A DNA stretch of 64,000 bases from Eledone cirrhosa (taxonomy: Eukaryota), in assembly GCA_964016885.1 (NCBI GenBank), contig OZ024742.1, forward strand, positions 287,618,001-287,682,000, written 5' to 3'. Numbering within the stretch: position 1 is the first letter of the stretch; each line of letters starts with the position of its first letter. A program made the translations under genes and the position numbers. This document shows positions 39,001 through 56,500 of the stretch, one piece after another. The notes under the pieces are model-generated. The model worked only from the letters and a program-made list of their open reading frames with translations, searched no databases and was not told where the DNA came from.

Positions 39001-42000
39001 TGTACAGACAGACACATACACAGTATTACAGTGTACAGACAGACACACACACAGTATAACAGTGTACAGACAGACACACAATATTACATTGTACAGACAC
39101 ACACACACAGTATTACAGTGTACAGACAGACACACACACAGTATTACAGTGTACAGAAAGACACATACACAGTATAACAGTGTACAGACAGAGAGACACA
39201 CAGTATTACAGTGTACAGACACGCACACACAGTATTACAGTGTACAGACAGACACACACAAAGTATTACAGTGTACAGACAGACACATACACAGTATAAC
39301 AGTGTACAGACAGACACACACACAGTATTACAGTGTACAGACAGACAAACACACAGTATTACAGTGTACAGACAGACACACACACAGTATAACAGTGTAC
39401 AGACAGACACACACACAGTATTACAGTGTACAGACAGACACACACACAGTATTACAGTGTACAGAGAGAGACACACACACAGTATTACATTGTACAGACA
39501 GACACACACACACAGTATTACAGTGTACAGACAGACACACACACAGTATTACAGTGTACAGACAGACACACACACAGTATTACAGTGTACAGACCGACAC
39601 ACACACAGTATTACAGTGTAGAGACAGACACATACACAGTATTACAGTGTACAGACAGACACACACACAGTATAACAGTGTACAGACAGACACACACACA
39701 GTATTACATTGTACAGACACACACACACAGTATTACAGTGTACAGACAGACACACACACAGTATTACAGTGTACAGACAGACACATACACAGTATAACAG
39801 TGTACAGACAGACACACACACAGTATTACAGTGTACAGACAGACAAACACACAGTATTACAGTGTACAGACACACACACACACACAGTATTACAGTGTAC
39901 AGACAGACACACACACAGTATAACAGTATACAGACAGAAACACACACAGTATTACAGTGTAGAGACAGACACACACACACATAGTATAACAGTGTACAGA
40001 CATACAGACACACACACAGTATTACAGTGTACAGACACACACACACAGTATAACAATGTACAGACAGAGAGACACACAGTATTACAGTGTACAGACATAC
40101 AGACACACATAGAGTATTACAGTGTACATACAGACACACACATAGTATAACAGTGTACAGATATACAGACACACACATAGTATTACAATGTACAGACACA
40201 CACACACATACACACAGTATTACAGTGTAGAGACAGACACACACACATAGTATAACAGTGTACAGACATACACACACACAGTATTACAGCGTACAGACAG
40301 ACACACATACACAGTATTACAGTGTACAGACAGACACATACACAGTATTACAGTGTACAGACAGACACACACACACAGTATTACATTGTACAGACAGACA
40401 CACACAGATAGTATTACAGTGTACAGACAGACACATACACAGTATTACAGTGTACAGACAGACACACACACAGTACTACAGTGTACAGACAGACACACAC
40501 AGAGTATTACAGTGTACAGACAGACACACACAGTATTACATTGTACAGACAGACACACACACAGTATAACAGTATACAGACAGACACACACACAGTATTA
40601 CAGTGTACAGACAGACACACACACAGTATTACAGTGTACAGACAGACACACGCACAGTATTACAGTGTACAGACAGACACACACACACAGTATTACATTG
40701 TACAGACAGACACACACACACAGTATTACAGTGTACAGACAGACACACACACAGTGTACAGACAGACACACACACAGTATTACAGTGTACAGACCGACAC
40801 ACACACAGTATTACAGTGTACAGACAGACACATACACAGTATTACAGTGTACAGACAGACACAGACACAGTATAACAGTGTACAGACAGACACACACACA
40901 GTATTACATTGTACAGACACACACACACAGTATTACAGTGTACAGACAGACACACACACAGTATTACAGTGTACAGACAGACACATACACAGTATAACAG
41001 TGTACAGACAGAGAGACACACAGTATTACAGTGTACAGACACACACACACAGTATTACAGTGTACAGACAGACACACACACAGTATTACAGTGTACAGAC
41101 AGACACACGCACAGTATTACAGTGTACAGACAGACACACACACACAGTATTACATTGTACAGACAGACACACACACACAGTATTACAGTGTACAGACAGG
41201 CACACACACAGTGTACAGACAGACACACACACAGTGTACAGACAGACACACACACAGTATTACAGTGTACAGACCGACACACACACAGTATTACAGTGTA
41301 CAGACAGACACATACACAGTATTACAGTGTACAGACAGACACACACACAGTATAACAGTGTACAGACAGACACACACACAATATTACATTGTACAGACAC
41401 ACACACACAGTATTACAGTGTACAGACAGACACACACACAGTATTACAGTGTACAGAAAGACACATACACAGTATAACAGTGTACAGACAGAGAGACACA
41501 CAGTATTACAGTGTACAGACACGCACACACAGTATTACAGTGTACAGACAGACACACACACACAGTATTACAGTGTACAGACAGACACACACACAGTATT
41601 ACAGTGTACAGACAGACACACACACAGTATTACAGTGTACAGACCGACACACACACAGTATTACAGTGTAGAGACAGACACATACACAGTATTACAGTGT
41701 ACAGACAGACACACACACAGTATAACAGTGTACAGACAGACACACACACAGTATTACATTGTACAGACACACACACACAGTATTACAGTGTACAGACAGA
41801 CACACACACAGTATTACAGTGTACAGACAGACACATACACAGTATAACAGTGTACAGACAGACACACACACAGTATTACAGTGTACAGACAGACAAACAC
41901 ACAGTATTACAGTGTACTGACAGACACACACACAGTATAACAGTGTACAGACAGACACACACACAGTATTACAGTGTACAGACAGACACACACACAGTAT

Positions 42001-45000
42001 TACAGTGTACTGACAGACACACACACAGTATAACAGTGTACAGACAGACACACACACACAGTATTACAGTGTACAGACAGACACACACACAGTACTACAG
42101 TGTACAGACAGACACACACACAGTATTACAGTGTACAGACAGACACATACACAGTATTACAGTGTACAGACAGACACATACACAGTATTACAGTGTACAG
42201 ACAGACACACACACAGTATTACAGTGTACAGACAGACACATACACAGTATTACAGTGTACAGACAGACACACACACACAGTATTACAGTGTACAGACAGA
42301 CACATACACAGTATTACAGTGTACAGACAGACACACACACACAGTATTACATTGTACAGACAGACACATACACAGTATTACAGTGTACAGACAGACACAC
42401 ACACAGTATTACAGTGAACAGACAGACACACACACAGTATAACAGTGTACAGACAGACACAACACAGTATTACAGTGTACAGATAGACACATACACAGTA
42501 TTACAGTGTACAGACAGACACACACACAGTATTACAGTGTACAGACAGACACACAAACAGTATTACAGTGTACAGACCGACACACACACATTATAACAGT
42601 GTACAGACAGACACATACATAGTATTACAGTGTACAGACAGGCACACTCACACAGTATTACAGTGTACAGACAGAAACACACGCAGTATTACAGTGTACA
42701 GACAGACACACACACAGTATTACAGTGTACAGACAGACACATACACAGTATTACAGTGTACAGACTGACACACACACAGTATTACAGTGTACAGACAGAC
42801 ACGTACACAGTATTACAGTGTACAGACAGACACACACATACATAGTATTACAGTATTACAGTGTACAGACAGACACACACACAGTATTACAGTGAACAGA
42901 CAGACAGACACATACACAGTATTACAGTGTACTGACAGACACACATACACAGTATTACAGTGTACAGACAGACACATACACACAGTATTACAGTGTACAG
43001 ACAGACACACATACAGTATAACAGTGTACTGACAGACACACACACAGTATTACAGTGAACAGACAAACACACACACAGTATTACAGTGTACAGACAGACA
43101 CATACACAGTATAACAGTGGAGAGACCGACACACACACAGTATTACAGTGTACAGACAGACACATACACAGTATTACAGTGTACAGACAGACACACAGTA
43201 TAACAGTGTACAGACAGACACACACGCAGTATTACAGTGTACAGACAGACACATACACAGTATAACAGTATACAGACAGACACATACACAGTATTACAGT
43301 GTACAGACAGACAGACACACAGTATAACAGTGTACAGACAGACACATAGACACAGTATTACAGTGTACAGACCGACACATACATACAGTATTATAGTGTA
43401 CAGACAGACACACACACAGTATTACAGTGTACAGACAGACAAACACGCAGTATTACAGTGTACAGACAGACACACACACAGTATTACAGTGTACAGACAG
43501 ACACACACACAGTATTACAGTGTACAGAGAGACACACACACAGTATTACAGTGTACAGAGAGAGACATACACAGTATTACAGTGTACAGACAGACACACA
43601 CACAGTATTACAGTGTACAGATGACACATACACACAGTATTACAGTGTACAGACAGACACACACACAGTATTACAGTGTACTGATGACACATACACACAG
43701 TATTACAGTGTACAGATGACACATACACACAGTATTACAGTGTACAGACAGACACGTACACACAGGATAACAGTGTACAGACACACACACACAGTATTAC
43801 AGTGTACAGTCAGACACATACACAGTATTACAGTGTACAGACAGACACATACACATATAACAGTGTGCAGACAGACACACACACAGTATTACAGCGTACA
43901 GACAGACACAACACTGTATAACAGTGTACAGACAGACACACACACAGTGTTACACTGTACAGACAGACACACACACAGTATTACAGTGTACAGACAGACA
44001 CACACACAGTACTACAGCGTACAGACAGACACACACACCGTATTACAGTGTACAGACCGACACATACACACAGGATAACAGTGTACCGACACACACACAC
44101 ACACACAGTATTACAGTATACAGACAGACACATACACAGTATTACAGTGTACAGACAGACACATACACAGTATAACAGTGTACAGACAGACACACACACA
44201 GTATTACAGCGTACAGACAGACACACATACACAGTATTACAGTGTACAGACAGACACATACACAGTATTACAGTGTACAGACAGACACACACACACAGTA
44301 TTACATTGTACATACAGACACACACTGATAGTATTACAGTGTACAGACAGACACACACACAGTATTACAGTGTACAGAGAGACACACAAACAGTATAACA
44401 GCGTACAGACAGACACAAACACAGTATAACAGTGTACAGACAGACACACACACAGTATAACAGTGTACAGACAGACACACACACAGTATTACATTGTACA
44501 GACAGACACACACAGATAGTATTACAGTGTACAGACAGACACGCACACAGTATTACAGTGTACAGACAGACACACACACAGTATTACAGCGTACAGACAG
44601 ACACACATACACAGTATTACAGTGTGCAGACAGACACATACACACTATTACAGTGTACAGACAGACACACACACACAGTATTACATTGTACAGACAGACA
44701 CACACAGATAGTATTACAGTGTACAGACAGACACACACACAGTATTACAGTGTACAGACAGACACACACACAGTATTACAGTGTACAGAGAGACACACAA
44801 ACAGTATAACAGTGTACAGACAGACACACGCACAGTATTACAGAGTACAGACAGACACACACACAGTATTACATTGTACAGACAGCCACACACACACAGT
44901 ATTACAGTGTACAGACAGACACACACACAGTATTACAGTGTACAGACACACACACAGTATTACAGTGTACAGACAGATACATACACACAGTATTACAGTG

Positions 45001-47170
45001 TACAGACAGACACACACACAGTATTACAGTGTACAGACAGACACACACACAGTATTACATTGTACAGACAGACACATACACAGTATTACAGTGTACAGAC
45101 AGACACACACACAGTATTACAGTGTCCAGACAGATACATACACAGTATTACAGTATACAGACAGACACATACACAGTATTACAGTGTACAGACAGACACA
45201 CACACAGTATAATAGTGTACAGACAGACACATACACAGTATTACAGTGTACAGACAGACACATACACAGTATTACAGTGTACAGACAGACACACACACAG
45301 TATTACAGTGTACAGACAGACACACAGTATAATAGTTTACAGACAGACACATACACACAGTATTACAGTGTAGAGACCGACACACACACAGTATTACAGT
45401 GTACAGACAGAGACACACATAGTATTACAGTGTACAGACAGACACAAACACAGTATAATAGTGTACAGACAGACACACACACAGTATTACAGTGTACAGA
45501 CAGACACACACACAGTATTACAGTGTACAGACAGACACACACACAGTATTACATTGTACAGATGACAATACACAGTATTACAGTGTACAGACAGACACAC
45601 ACACAGTATTACAGTGTACAGACAGACACCTACACAGTATTACATTGTACAGATGACACACACACAGTATTACATTGTACAGATGACACATACACAGTAT
45701 TATAGTGTACAGACCGACACACACACAGTATTACAGTGTACAGACAGACACATACACAGTATAACAGTATACAGACAGACACACACACAGTATAATAGTG
45801 TACAGACAGACACACACATAGTATTACAGTGTACAGACAGACACACACACAGTATTACATTGTACAGACAGACACACACAATATTTCAGTGTACAGACCG
45901 ACACACACACAGTATTACATTGTACAGATGACACACACACAGTATTACATTGTACAGACCGACACACACACAGTATTTCAGTGTACAGACAGACACACAC
46001 ACAATATTACAGTGTACAGACCGACACACACACAGTATAACAGTGTACAGACAGACACACACACATTATTACATTGTACAGTCACACACACACAGCATTA
46101 CAGTGTACAGACAGACACACACACAGTATTACAGTGTACAGACAGACACACACACAGTATTACAGTGTACAGACAGACACACACACAGTATTACAGTGTA
46201 CAGACAGAGACATACACAGTATTACAGTGTACAGACAGACACACACACAGTATTACAGTGTACAGATAACACATACACACAGTATTACAGTGTACAGACA
46301 GACACACACACACAGTATTACAGTGTACAGACAGACACACACACAGTATTACAGTGTACAGACCGACACACACACACTATAACAGTGTACAGACAGACAC
46401 ACACACATTATTACATTGTACAGACACACACACACAGTATTACAGTGTACAGACAGACACACACACAGTATTACAGTGTACAGACAGACACACACACAGT
46501 ATTACAGTGTACAGACAGACACACACAGTATTACAGTGTACAGACAGAGACAAACACAGTATTACAGTGTACAGACAGACACACACACAGTATTACAGTG
46601 TACAGATGACACATACACACAGTATTACAGTGTACAGACAGACACACACACAGTATAACAGCATACATACAGACACACACACAGTATTACAGTGTACTGA
46701 TGACACATACACACAGTATTACAGTGTACAGATGACACATACACACAGTATTACAGTGTACAGACAGACACGTACACACAGGATAACAGTGTACAAACAC
46801 ACACACACAGTATTACAGTGTACAGACAGACTCATACACAGTATTACAGTGTACAGACAGAAACATACACAGTATAACAGTGTGCAGACAGACACACACA
46901 CAGTATTACAGCGTACAGACAGACACAAACACTGTATAGCAGTGTACAGACAGACACACACACAGTGTTACACTGTACAGACAGACACACACACAGTATT
47001 ACAGTGTACAGACAGACACACACACAGTATTACAGTGTACAGTCCGACACATACACACAGGATAACAGTGTACAGACAGACACATACATAGTATTACAGT
47101 TTACAGACAGACACACACACAGTATTACAGTGTACAGGCCGACACATACACACAGGATAACAGTATCCCA

Positions 47171-47204
<34 letters not shown>

Positions 47205-47500
47205 ACAGTGTACAGACAGACACATACACTGTATTACAGTGTACAAACAGACACACACACAGTATTACAGTGTACAGACCGACACACACACACAGGATAA
47301 CAGTGTACAGACAGACACATACATAGTATTACAGTGTACAGACAGACACACACACCGTATTACAGTGTACAGTCCGACACATACACACAGGATAACAGTG
47401 TACAGACAGACACATACATAGTATTACAGTTTACAGACAGACACACACACAGTATTACAGTGTACAGGCCGACACATACACACAGGATAACAGTATCCCA

Positions 47501-47534
<34 letters not shown>

Positions 47535-50500
47535 ACAGTGTACAGACAGACACATACACAGTATTACAGTGTACAGACAGACACATACACAGTATAACAG
47601 TGTACAGACAGACACACACACAGTATTACAGCGTACAGACAGACACAAACACAGTATAACAGTGTTCAGACAGACACACACACAGTATAACAGTGTACAG
47701 ACAGACACACACACACAGTATTACATTGTACAGACAGACACACACAGATAGTATTACAGTGTACAGACAGACACACACACAGTATTACAGTGTACAGACA
47801 GACACACATACACAGTATTACAGTGTACAGACAGACACATACACAGTATTACAGTGTACAGACAGACACAAACACACAGTATTACATTGTACAGACAGAC
47901 ACACACAGATAGTATTACAGTGTACAGACAGACACACACACAGTATTACAGTGTACAGACAGACACACACACAGTATTACAGTGTACAGACAGACACACA
48001 AACAGTATAACAGTGTACAGACAGACACACGCACAGTATTACAGAGTACAGACAGACACACACACAGTATTACATTGTACAGACAGCCACACACACACAG
48101 TATTACAGTGTACAGACACACACACAGTATTACAGTGTACAGACAGATACATACACACAGTATTACAGTGTACAGACAGACACACACACAGTATTACAGT
48201 GTACAGACAGAGACACACACAGTATTACATTGTACAGACAGACACATACACAGTATTACAATGTACAGACAGACACACACACAGTATTACAGTGTCCAGA
48301 CAGATACATACACAGTATTACAGTATACAGACAGACACATACACAGTATTACAGTGTACAGACAGACACACACACAGTATAATAGTGTACAGACAGACAC
48401 ATACACAGTATTACAGTGTACAGACAGACACATACACAGTATTACAGTGTACAGACAGACACACACACAGTATTACAGTGTACAGACAGACACACAGTAT
48501 AATAGTGTACAGACAGACACATACACACAGTATTACAGTGTAGAGACAGACACACACACAGTATTACAGTGTACAGACAGAGACACACATAGTATTACAG
48601 TGTACAGACAGACACAAACTCAGTATAATAGTGTACAGACAGACACACACAGAGTATTACAGTGTACAGACAGACACACACACAGTATTACAGTGTACAG
48701 ACAGACACACACACAGTATAACATTGTACAGATGACACATACACAGTATTACAGTGTACAGACAGACACACACACAGTATTACAGTGTACAGACAGACAC
48801 CTACACAGTATTACAGTGTACAGACAGACACACACACAGTATTACATTGTACAGATGACACATACACAGTATTATAGTGTACAGACCGACACACACCCAG
48901 TATTACAGTGTACAGACAGACACATACACAGTATAACAGTATACAGACAGACACACACACAGTATAATAGTGTACAGACAGACACACACATAGTATTACA
49001 GTGTACAGACAGACACACACACAGTATTACATTGTACAGACAGACACACACAATATTTCAGTGTACAGACCGACACACACACAGTATTACATTGTACAGA
49101 TGACACACACACAGTATTACATTGTACAGACAGACACACACACAGTATTACAGTGTACAGACAGACACACACACAATATTACAGTGTACAGACCGACACA
49201 CACACATTATAACAGTGTACAGACAGACACACACACATTATTACATTGTACAGACACACACAGCATTACAGTGTACAGACAGACACACACACAGTATTAC
49301 AGTTTACAGACAGACATACACACAGTATTACAGTGTACAGACAGACACATACACAGTATTACAGTGTACTGACAGACACACACACAGTATTACAGTGTAC
49401 TGACAGACACACACACAGTATAACAGTGTACAGACACACACACAGTATTACAGTGTACAGACACACACACACAAAGTATTACAGTGTACAGGCAGACAGA
49501 TACACAGTATTACAGTGTACAGACAGACACAAACACAGTATTACAGTGTACAGACAGACACACACACATAGTATTACATTGTACAGACAGACACATACAC
49601 AGTATTACAGTGTACAGACAGACACACACACAGTATTACATTGTACAGAGAGACACACACAATATTTCAGTGTACAGACCGACACACACGCAGTATTACA
49701 TTGTACAGATGACACACACACAGTATTACATTGTACAGACAGACACACACACAGTATTACAGTGTACAGACAGACACACACACAATATTACAGTGTACAG
49801 AACGACACACACACAGTATAACAGTGTACAGACAGACACACACACATTATTACATTGTACAGACACACACACACAGTATTACAGTGTACAGACAGACACA
49901 CACACAGTATTACAGTGTACAGACAGACACACACACAGTATTACAGTGTACAGACAGACACACACACACAGTATTACATTGTACAGACAGACACATACAC
50001 AGTATTACAGTGTACAGATGACACATAGACAGTATTCCAGTGTACAGACAGACACACACACAGTATAACAGTGTACAGACAGACACACACACAATATTAC
50101 AGTGTACAGACAGACACACACACAATATTACAGTGTACAGACCGACACACACACAGTATAACAGTGTACAGCCAGACACACACACATTATTACATTGTAC
50201 AGACACACACACACAGTATTACAGTGTACAGACAGACACACACACAGTATTACAGTGTACAAACAGACACACACACAGTATTACAGTGTACAGACAGACA
50301 CATACACAGTATTACAGTGTACTGACAGACACACACACAGTATTACAGTGTACTGATAGACACACACACAGTATAACAGTAAACAGACAGACACACACAC
50401 AGTATTACAGTGTACAGACACACACACACAAAGTATTACAGTGTATAGGCAGACAGATACACAGTATTACAGTGTACAGACAGACACTTCACACTATTAC

Positions 50501-53500
50501 AGTGTACAGACAGACACACACACACAGTATTACATTGTACAGACAGACACATACACAGTATTACAGTGTACAGACAGACACACACACAGTATTACAGTGT
50601 ACAGACAGACACATACACAGTATTACAGTGTACAGACAGACACACACACACAGTTTACATTGTACAGACAGACACATACACACAGTATTACATTGTACAG
50701 ACAGACACATACACAGTATTACAGTGTACAGACAGACACACACATACATAGTATTACAGTATTACAGTGTACAGACAGACACACACACTGTATTACAGTG
50801 AACACACAGACACACACACAGTATTACAGTGTACAGACAGAGACACACACCGTATAATAGTGTACAGACAGACACAACACAGTATTACAGTGTACAGACA
50901 GACACATACACAGTATTACAGTGTACAGACAGACACACACACATTATTACAGTGTACAGACAGACACACACACAGTATTACAGTGTACAGACCGATACAC
51001 ACACAGTATAACAGTGTACAGACAGACACATACATAGTATTACAGTGTACAGACAGGCACATACACAGTATTACAGTGTACAGACAAACACACACACAGT
51101 ATTACAGTGTACAGACAGACACACACGCAGTATTACAGTGTACAGACAGACACACACACAGTATTACAGTGTACAGACAGACACATACACAGTATTACAG
51201 TGTACAGACAGACACACACACAGTATTACAGTGTACAGACAGACACGTACACAGTATTACATTGTACAGACAGACACACACATACATAGTATTACAGTAT
51301 TACAATGTACAGACAGACACACACACAGTATTACATTGAACAGACAGACAGACACATACACAGTATTACAGTGTACTGACAGACACACATACACAGTATT
51401 ACAGTGTACAGATAGACACATACACACAGTATTACAGTGTACAGACAGACACACACACAGTATAACAGTGTACTGACAGACACACACACAGTATTACAGT
51501 GAACAGACAAACACACACACAGTATTACAGTGTACAGACAGACACATACACAGTATAACAGTTTACAGACCGACACACACACAGTATTACAGTGTACAGA
51601 CAGACACATACACAGTATAACAGTGTACAGACAGACACACACACAGTATTACAGTGTACAGACAGACACATGCACAGTATAACAGTACACAGACAGACAC
51701 ATACACAGTATTACAGTGTACAGACAGACAGACAGACACACAGTATAACAGTGTACAGACAGACACATACACACAGTATTACAGTGTACAGACCGACACA
51801 TACATACAGTATTACAGTGTACAGACAGACACACACACAGTATTACAGTGCACAGACAGACACACACACAGTATTACAGTGTACAGACAGACACATACAC
51901 AGTATTACAGTGTACAGACAGACACACACACAGTATTACAATGTACAGACAGACACATACACAGTATTACAGTGTACAGACAGACACACACACAGTATTA
52001 CAGTGTACAGACAGACACACACACAGTATTACAGTGTACAGACAGACACATACACAGTATTACAGTGTACAACCTGACACACACAGAGTATTACAGTGTA
52101 CAGACAGACACATACACAGTATTACAGTGTACAGACAGACACACACACAGTATTACAGTGTACAGACAGACACACACACAGTATTACAGTGTACAGACAG
52201 ACACATACACAGTATTACAGTTTACAGACAGACACATACACAGTATAACAGTACACAGACAGACACATACACAGTATTACAGTGTACAGACAGACAGACA
52301 GACAATATTACAGTGTACAGACTGACACACACACAGTATTACAGTGTACAGACAGACACACACACAGTATTACAGTGCACAGACAGGCACACACCCAGTA
52401 TTACAGTGTACAGACAGACACATACATAGTATTACAGTGTACAGACAGACACACACACAGTATTACAGTGTACAGACAGACACATACACAGTATTACAGT
52501 GTACAGACAGACACACACACAGTATTACAGTGTACAGACAGACACACACACAGTATTACAGTGTACAGACAGACACAACACAGTATTACAGTGTACAGAC
52601 AGACACACACACAGTATTACAGTGTACAGACAGACACATACACAGTATTACAGTGTACAGACAGACACACACACACGGTATTACATTGTACAGACAGACA
52701 CATACACACAGTATTACATTGTACAGACAGACACATACACAGTATTACAGTGTACAGACAGACACACACCCAGTATTACAGTGTACAGACAGACACATAC
52801 ACAGTATAACAGTATACAGACAGACACACACACAGTATAATAGTGTACAGACAGACACACACATAGTATTACAGTGTACAGACAGACACACACACAGTAT
52901 TACATTGTACAGACAGACACACACAATATTTCAGTGTACAGACCGACACACACACAGTATTACATTGTACAGATGACACACACACAGTATTACATTGTAC
53001 AGACAGACACACACACAGTATTACAGTGTACAGACAGACACACACACAATATTACAGTGTACAGACCGACACACACACATTATAACAGTGTACAGACAGA
53101 CACACACACATTATTACATTGTACAGACACACACAGCATTACAGTGTACAGACAGACACACACACAGTATTACAGTTTACAGACAGACATACACACAGTA
53201 TTACAGTGTACAGACAGACACATACACAGTATTACAGTGTACTGACAGACACACACACAGTATTACAGTGTACTGACAGACACACACACAGTATAACAGT
53301 GTACAGACACACACACAGTATTACAGTGTACAGACACACACACACAAAGTATTACAGTGTACAGGCAGACAGATACACAGTATTACAGTGTACAGACAGA
53401 CACAAACACAGTATTACAGTGTACAGACAGACACACACACATAGTATTACATTGTACAGACAGACACATACACAGTATTACAGTGTACAGACAGACACAC

Positions 53501-56500
53501 ACACAGTATTACATTGTACAGAGAGACACACACAATATTTCAGTGTACAGACCGACACACACGCAGTATTACATTGTACAGATGACACACACACAGTATT
53601 ACATTGTACAGACAGACACACACACAGTATTACAGTGTACAGACAGACACACACACAATATTACAGTGTACAGAACGACACACACACAGTATAACAGTGT
53701 ACAGACAGACACACACACATTATTACATTGTACAGACACACACACACAGTATTACAGTGTACAGACAGACACACACACAGTATTACAGTGTACAGACAGA
53801 CACACACACAGTATTACAGTGTACAGACAGACACACACACACAGTATTACATTGTACAGACAGACACATACACAGTATTACAGTGTACAGATGACACATA
53901 GACAGTATTCCAGTGTACAGACAGACACACACACAGTATAACAGTGTACAGACAGACACACACACAGTATTACATTGTACAGACAGACACACACAATATT
54001 TCAGTGTACAGACCGACACACACACAGTATTACATTGTACAGATGACACACACACAGTATTACATTGTACAGACAGACACACACACAATATTACAGTGTA
54101 CAGACAGACACACACACAATATTACAGTGTACAGACCGACACACACACAGTATAACAGTGTACAGCCAGACACACACACATTATTACATTGTACAGACAC
54201 ACACACACAGTATTACAGTGTACAGACAGACACACACACAGTATTACAGTGTACAAACAGACACACACACAGTATTACAGTGTACAGACAGACACATACA
54301 CAGTATTACAGTGTACTGACAGACACACACACAGTATTACAGTGTACTGATAGACACACACACAGTATAACAGTAAACAGACAGACACACACACAGTATT
54401 ATAGTGTACAGACACACACACACAAAGTATTACAGTGTATAGGCAGACAGATACACAGTATTACAGTGTACAGACAGACACTTCACACTATTACAGTGTA
54501 CAGACAGACACACACACACAGTATTACATTGTACAGACAGACACATACACAGTATTACAGTGTACAGACAGACACACACACAGTATTACAGTGTACAGAC
54601 AGACACATACACAGTATTACAGTGTACAGACAGACACACACACACAGTTTACATTGTACAGACAGACACATACACACAGTATTACATTGTACAGACAGAC
54701 ACATACACAGTATTACAGTGTACAGACAGACACACACATACATAGTATTACAGTATTACAGTGTACAGACAGACACACACACTGTATTACAGTGAACACA
54801 CAGACACACACACAGTATTACAGTGTACAGACAGAGACACACACCGTATAATAGTGTACAGACAGACACAACACAGTATTACAGTGTACAGACAGACACA
54901 TACACAGTATTACAGTGTACAGACAGACACACACACATTATTACAGTGTACAGACAGACACACACACAGTATTACAGTGTACAGACCGATACACACACAG
55001 TATAACAGTGTACAGACAGACACATACATAGTATTACAGTGTACAGACAGGCACATACACAGTATTACAGTGTACAGACAAACACACACACAGTATTACA
55101 GTGTACAGACAGACACACACGCAGTATTACAGTGTACAGACAGACACACACACAGTATTACAGTGTACAGACAGACACATACACAGTATTACAGTGTACA
55201 GACAGACACACACACAGTATTACAGTGTACAGACAGACACGTACACAGTATTACATTGTACAGACAGACACACACATACATAGTATTACAGTATTACAAT
55301 GTACAGACAGACACACACACAGTATTACATTGAACAGACAGACAGACACATACACAGTATTACAGTGTACTGACAGACACACATACACAGTATTACAGTG
55401 TACAGATAGACACATACACACAGTATTACAGTGTACAGACAGACACACACACAGTATAACAGTGTACTGACAGACACACACACAGTATTACAGTGAACAG
55501 ACAAACACACACACAGTATTACAGTGTACAGACAGACACATACACAGTATAACAGTTTACAGACCGACACACACACAGTATTACAGTGTACAGACAGACA
55601 CATACACAGTATAACAGTGTACAGACAGACACACACACAGTATTACAGTGTACAGACAGACACATGCACAGTATAACAGTACACAGACAGACACATACAC
55701 AGTATTACAGTGTACAGACAGACAGACAGACACACAGTATAACAGTGTACAGACAGACACATACACACAGTATTACAGTGTACAGACCGACACATACATA
55801 CAGTATTACAGTGTACAGACAGACACACACACAGTATTACAGTGCACAGACAGACACATACACAGTATTACAGTGTACAGACAGACACACACACAGTATT
55901 ACAATGTACAGACAGACACATACACAGTATTACAGTGTACAGACAGACACACACACAGTATTACAGTGTACAGACAGACACACACACAGTATTACAGTGT
56001 ACAGACAGACACATACACAGTATTACAGTGTACAACCTGACACACACAGAGTATTACAGTGTACAGACAGACACATACACAGTATTACAGTGTACAGACA
56101 GACACACACACAGTATTACAGTGTACAGACAGACACACACACAGTATTACAGTGTACAGACAGACACATACACAGTATTACAGTTTACAGACAGACACAT
56201 ACACAGTATAACAGTACACAGACAGACACATACACAGTATTACAGTGTACAGACAGACAGACAGACAATATTACAGTGTACAGACTGACACACACACAGT
56301 ATTACAGTGTACAGACAGACACACACACAGTATTACAGTGCACAGACAGGCACACACCCAGTATTACAGTGTACAGACAGACACATACATAGTATTACAG
56401 TGTACAGACAGACACACACACAGTATTACAGTGTACAGACAGACACATACACAGTATTACAGTGTACAGACAGACACACACACAGTATTACAGTGTACAG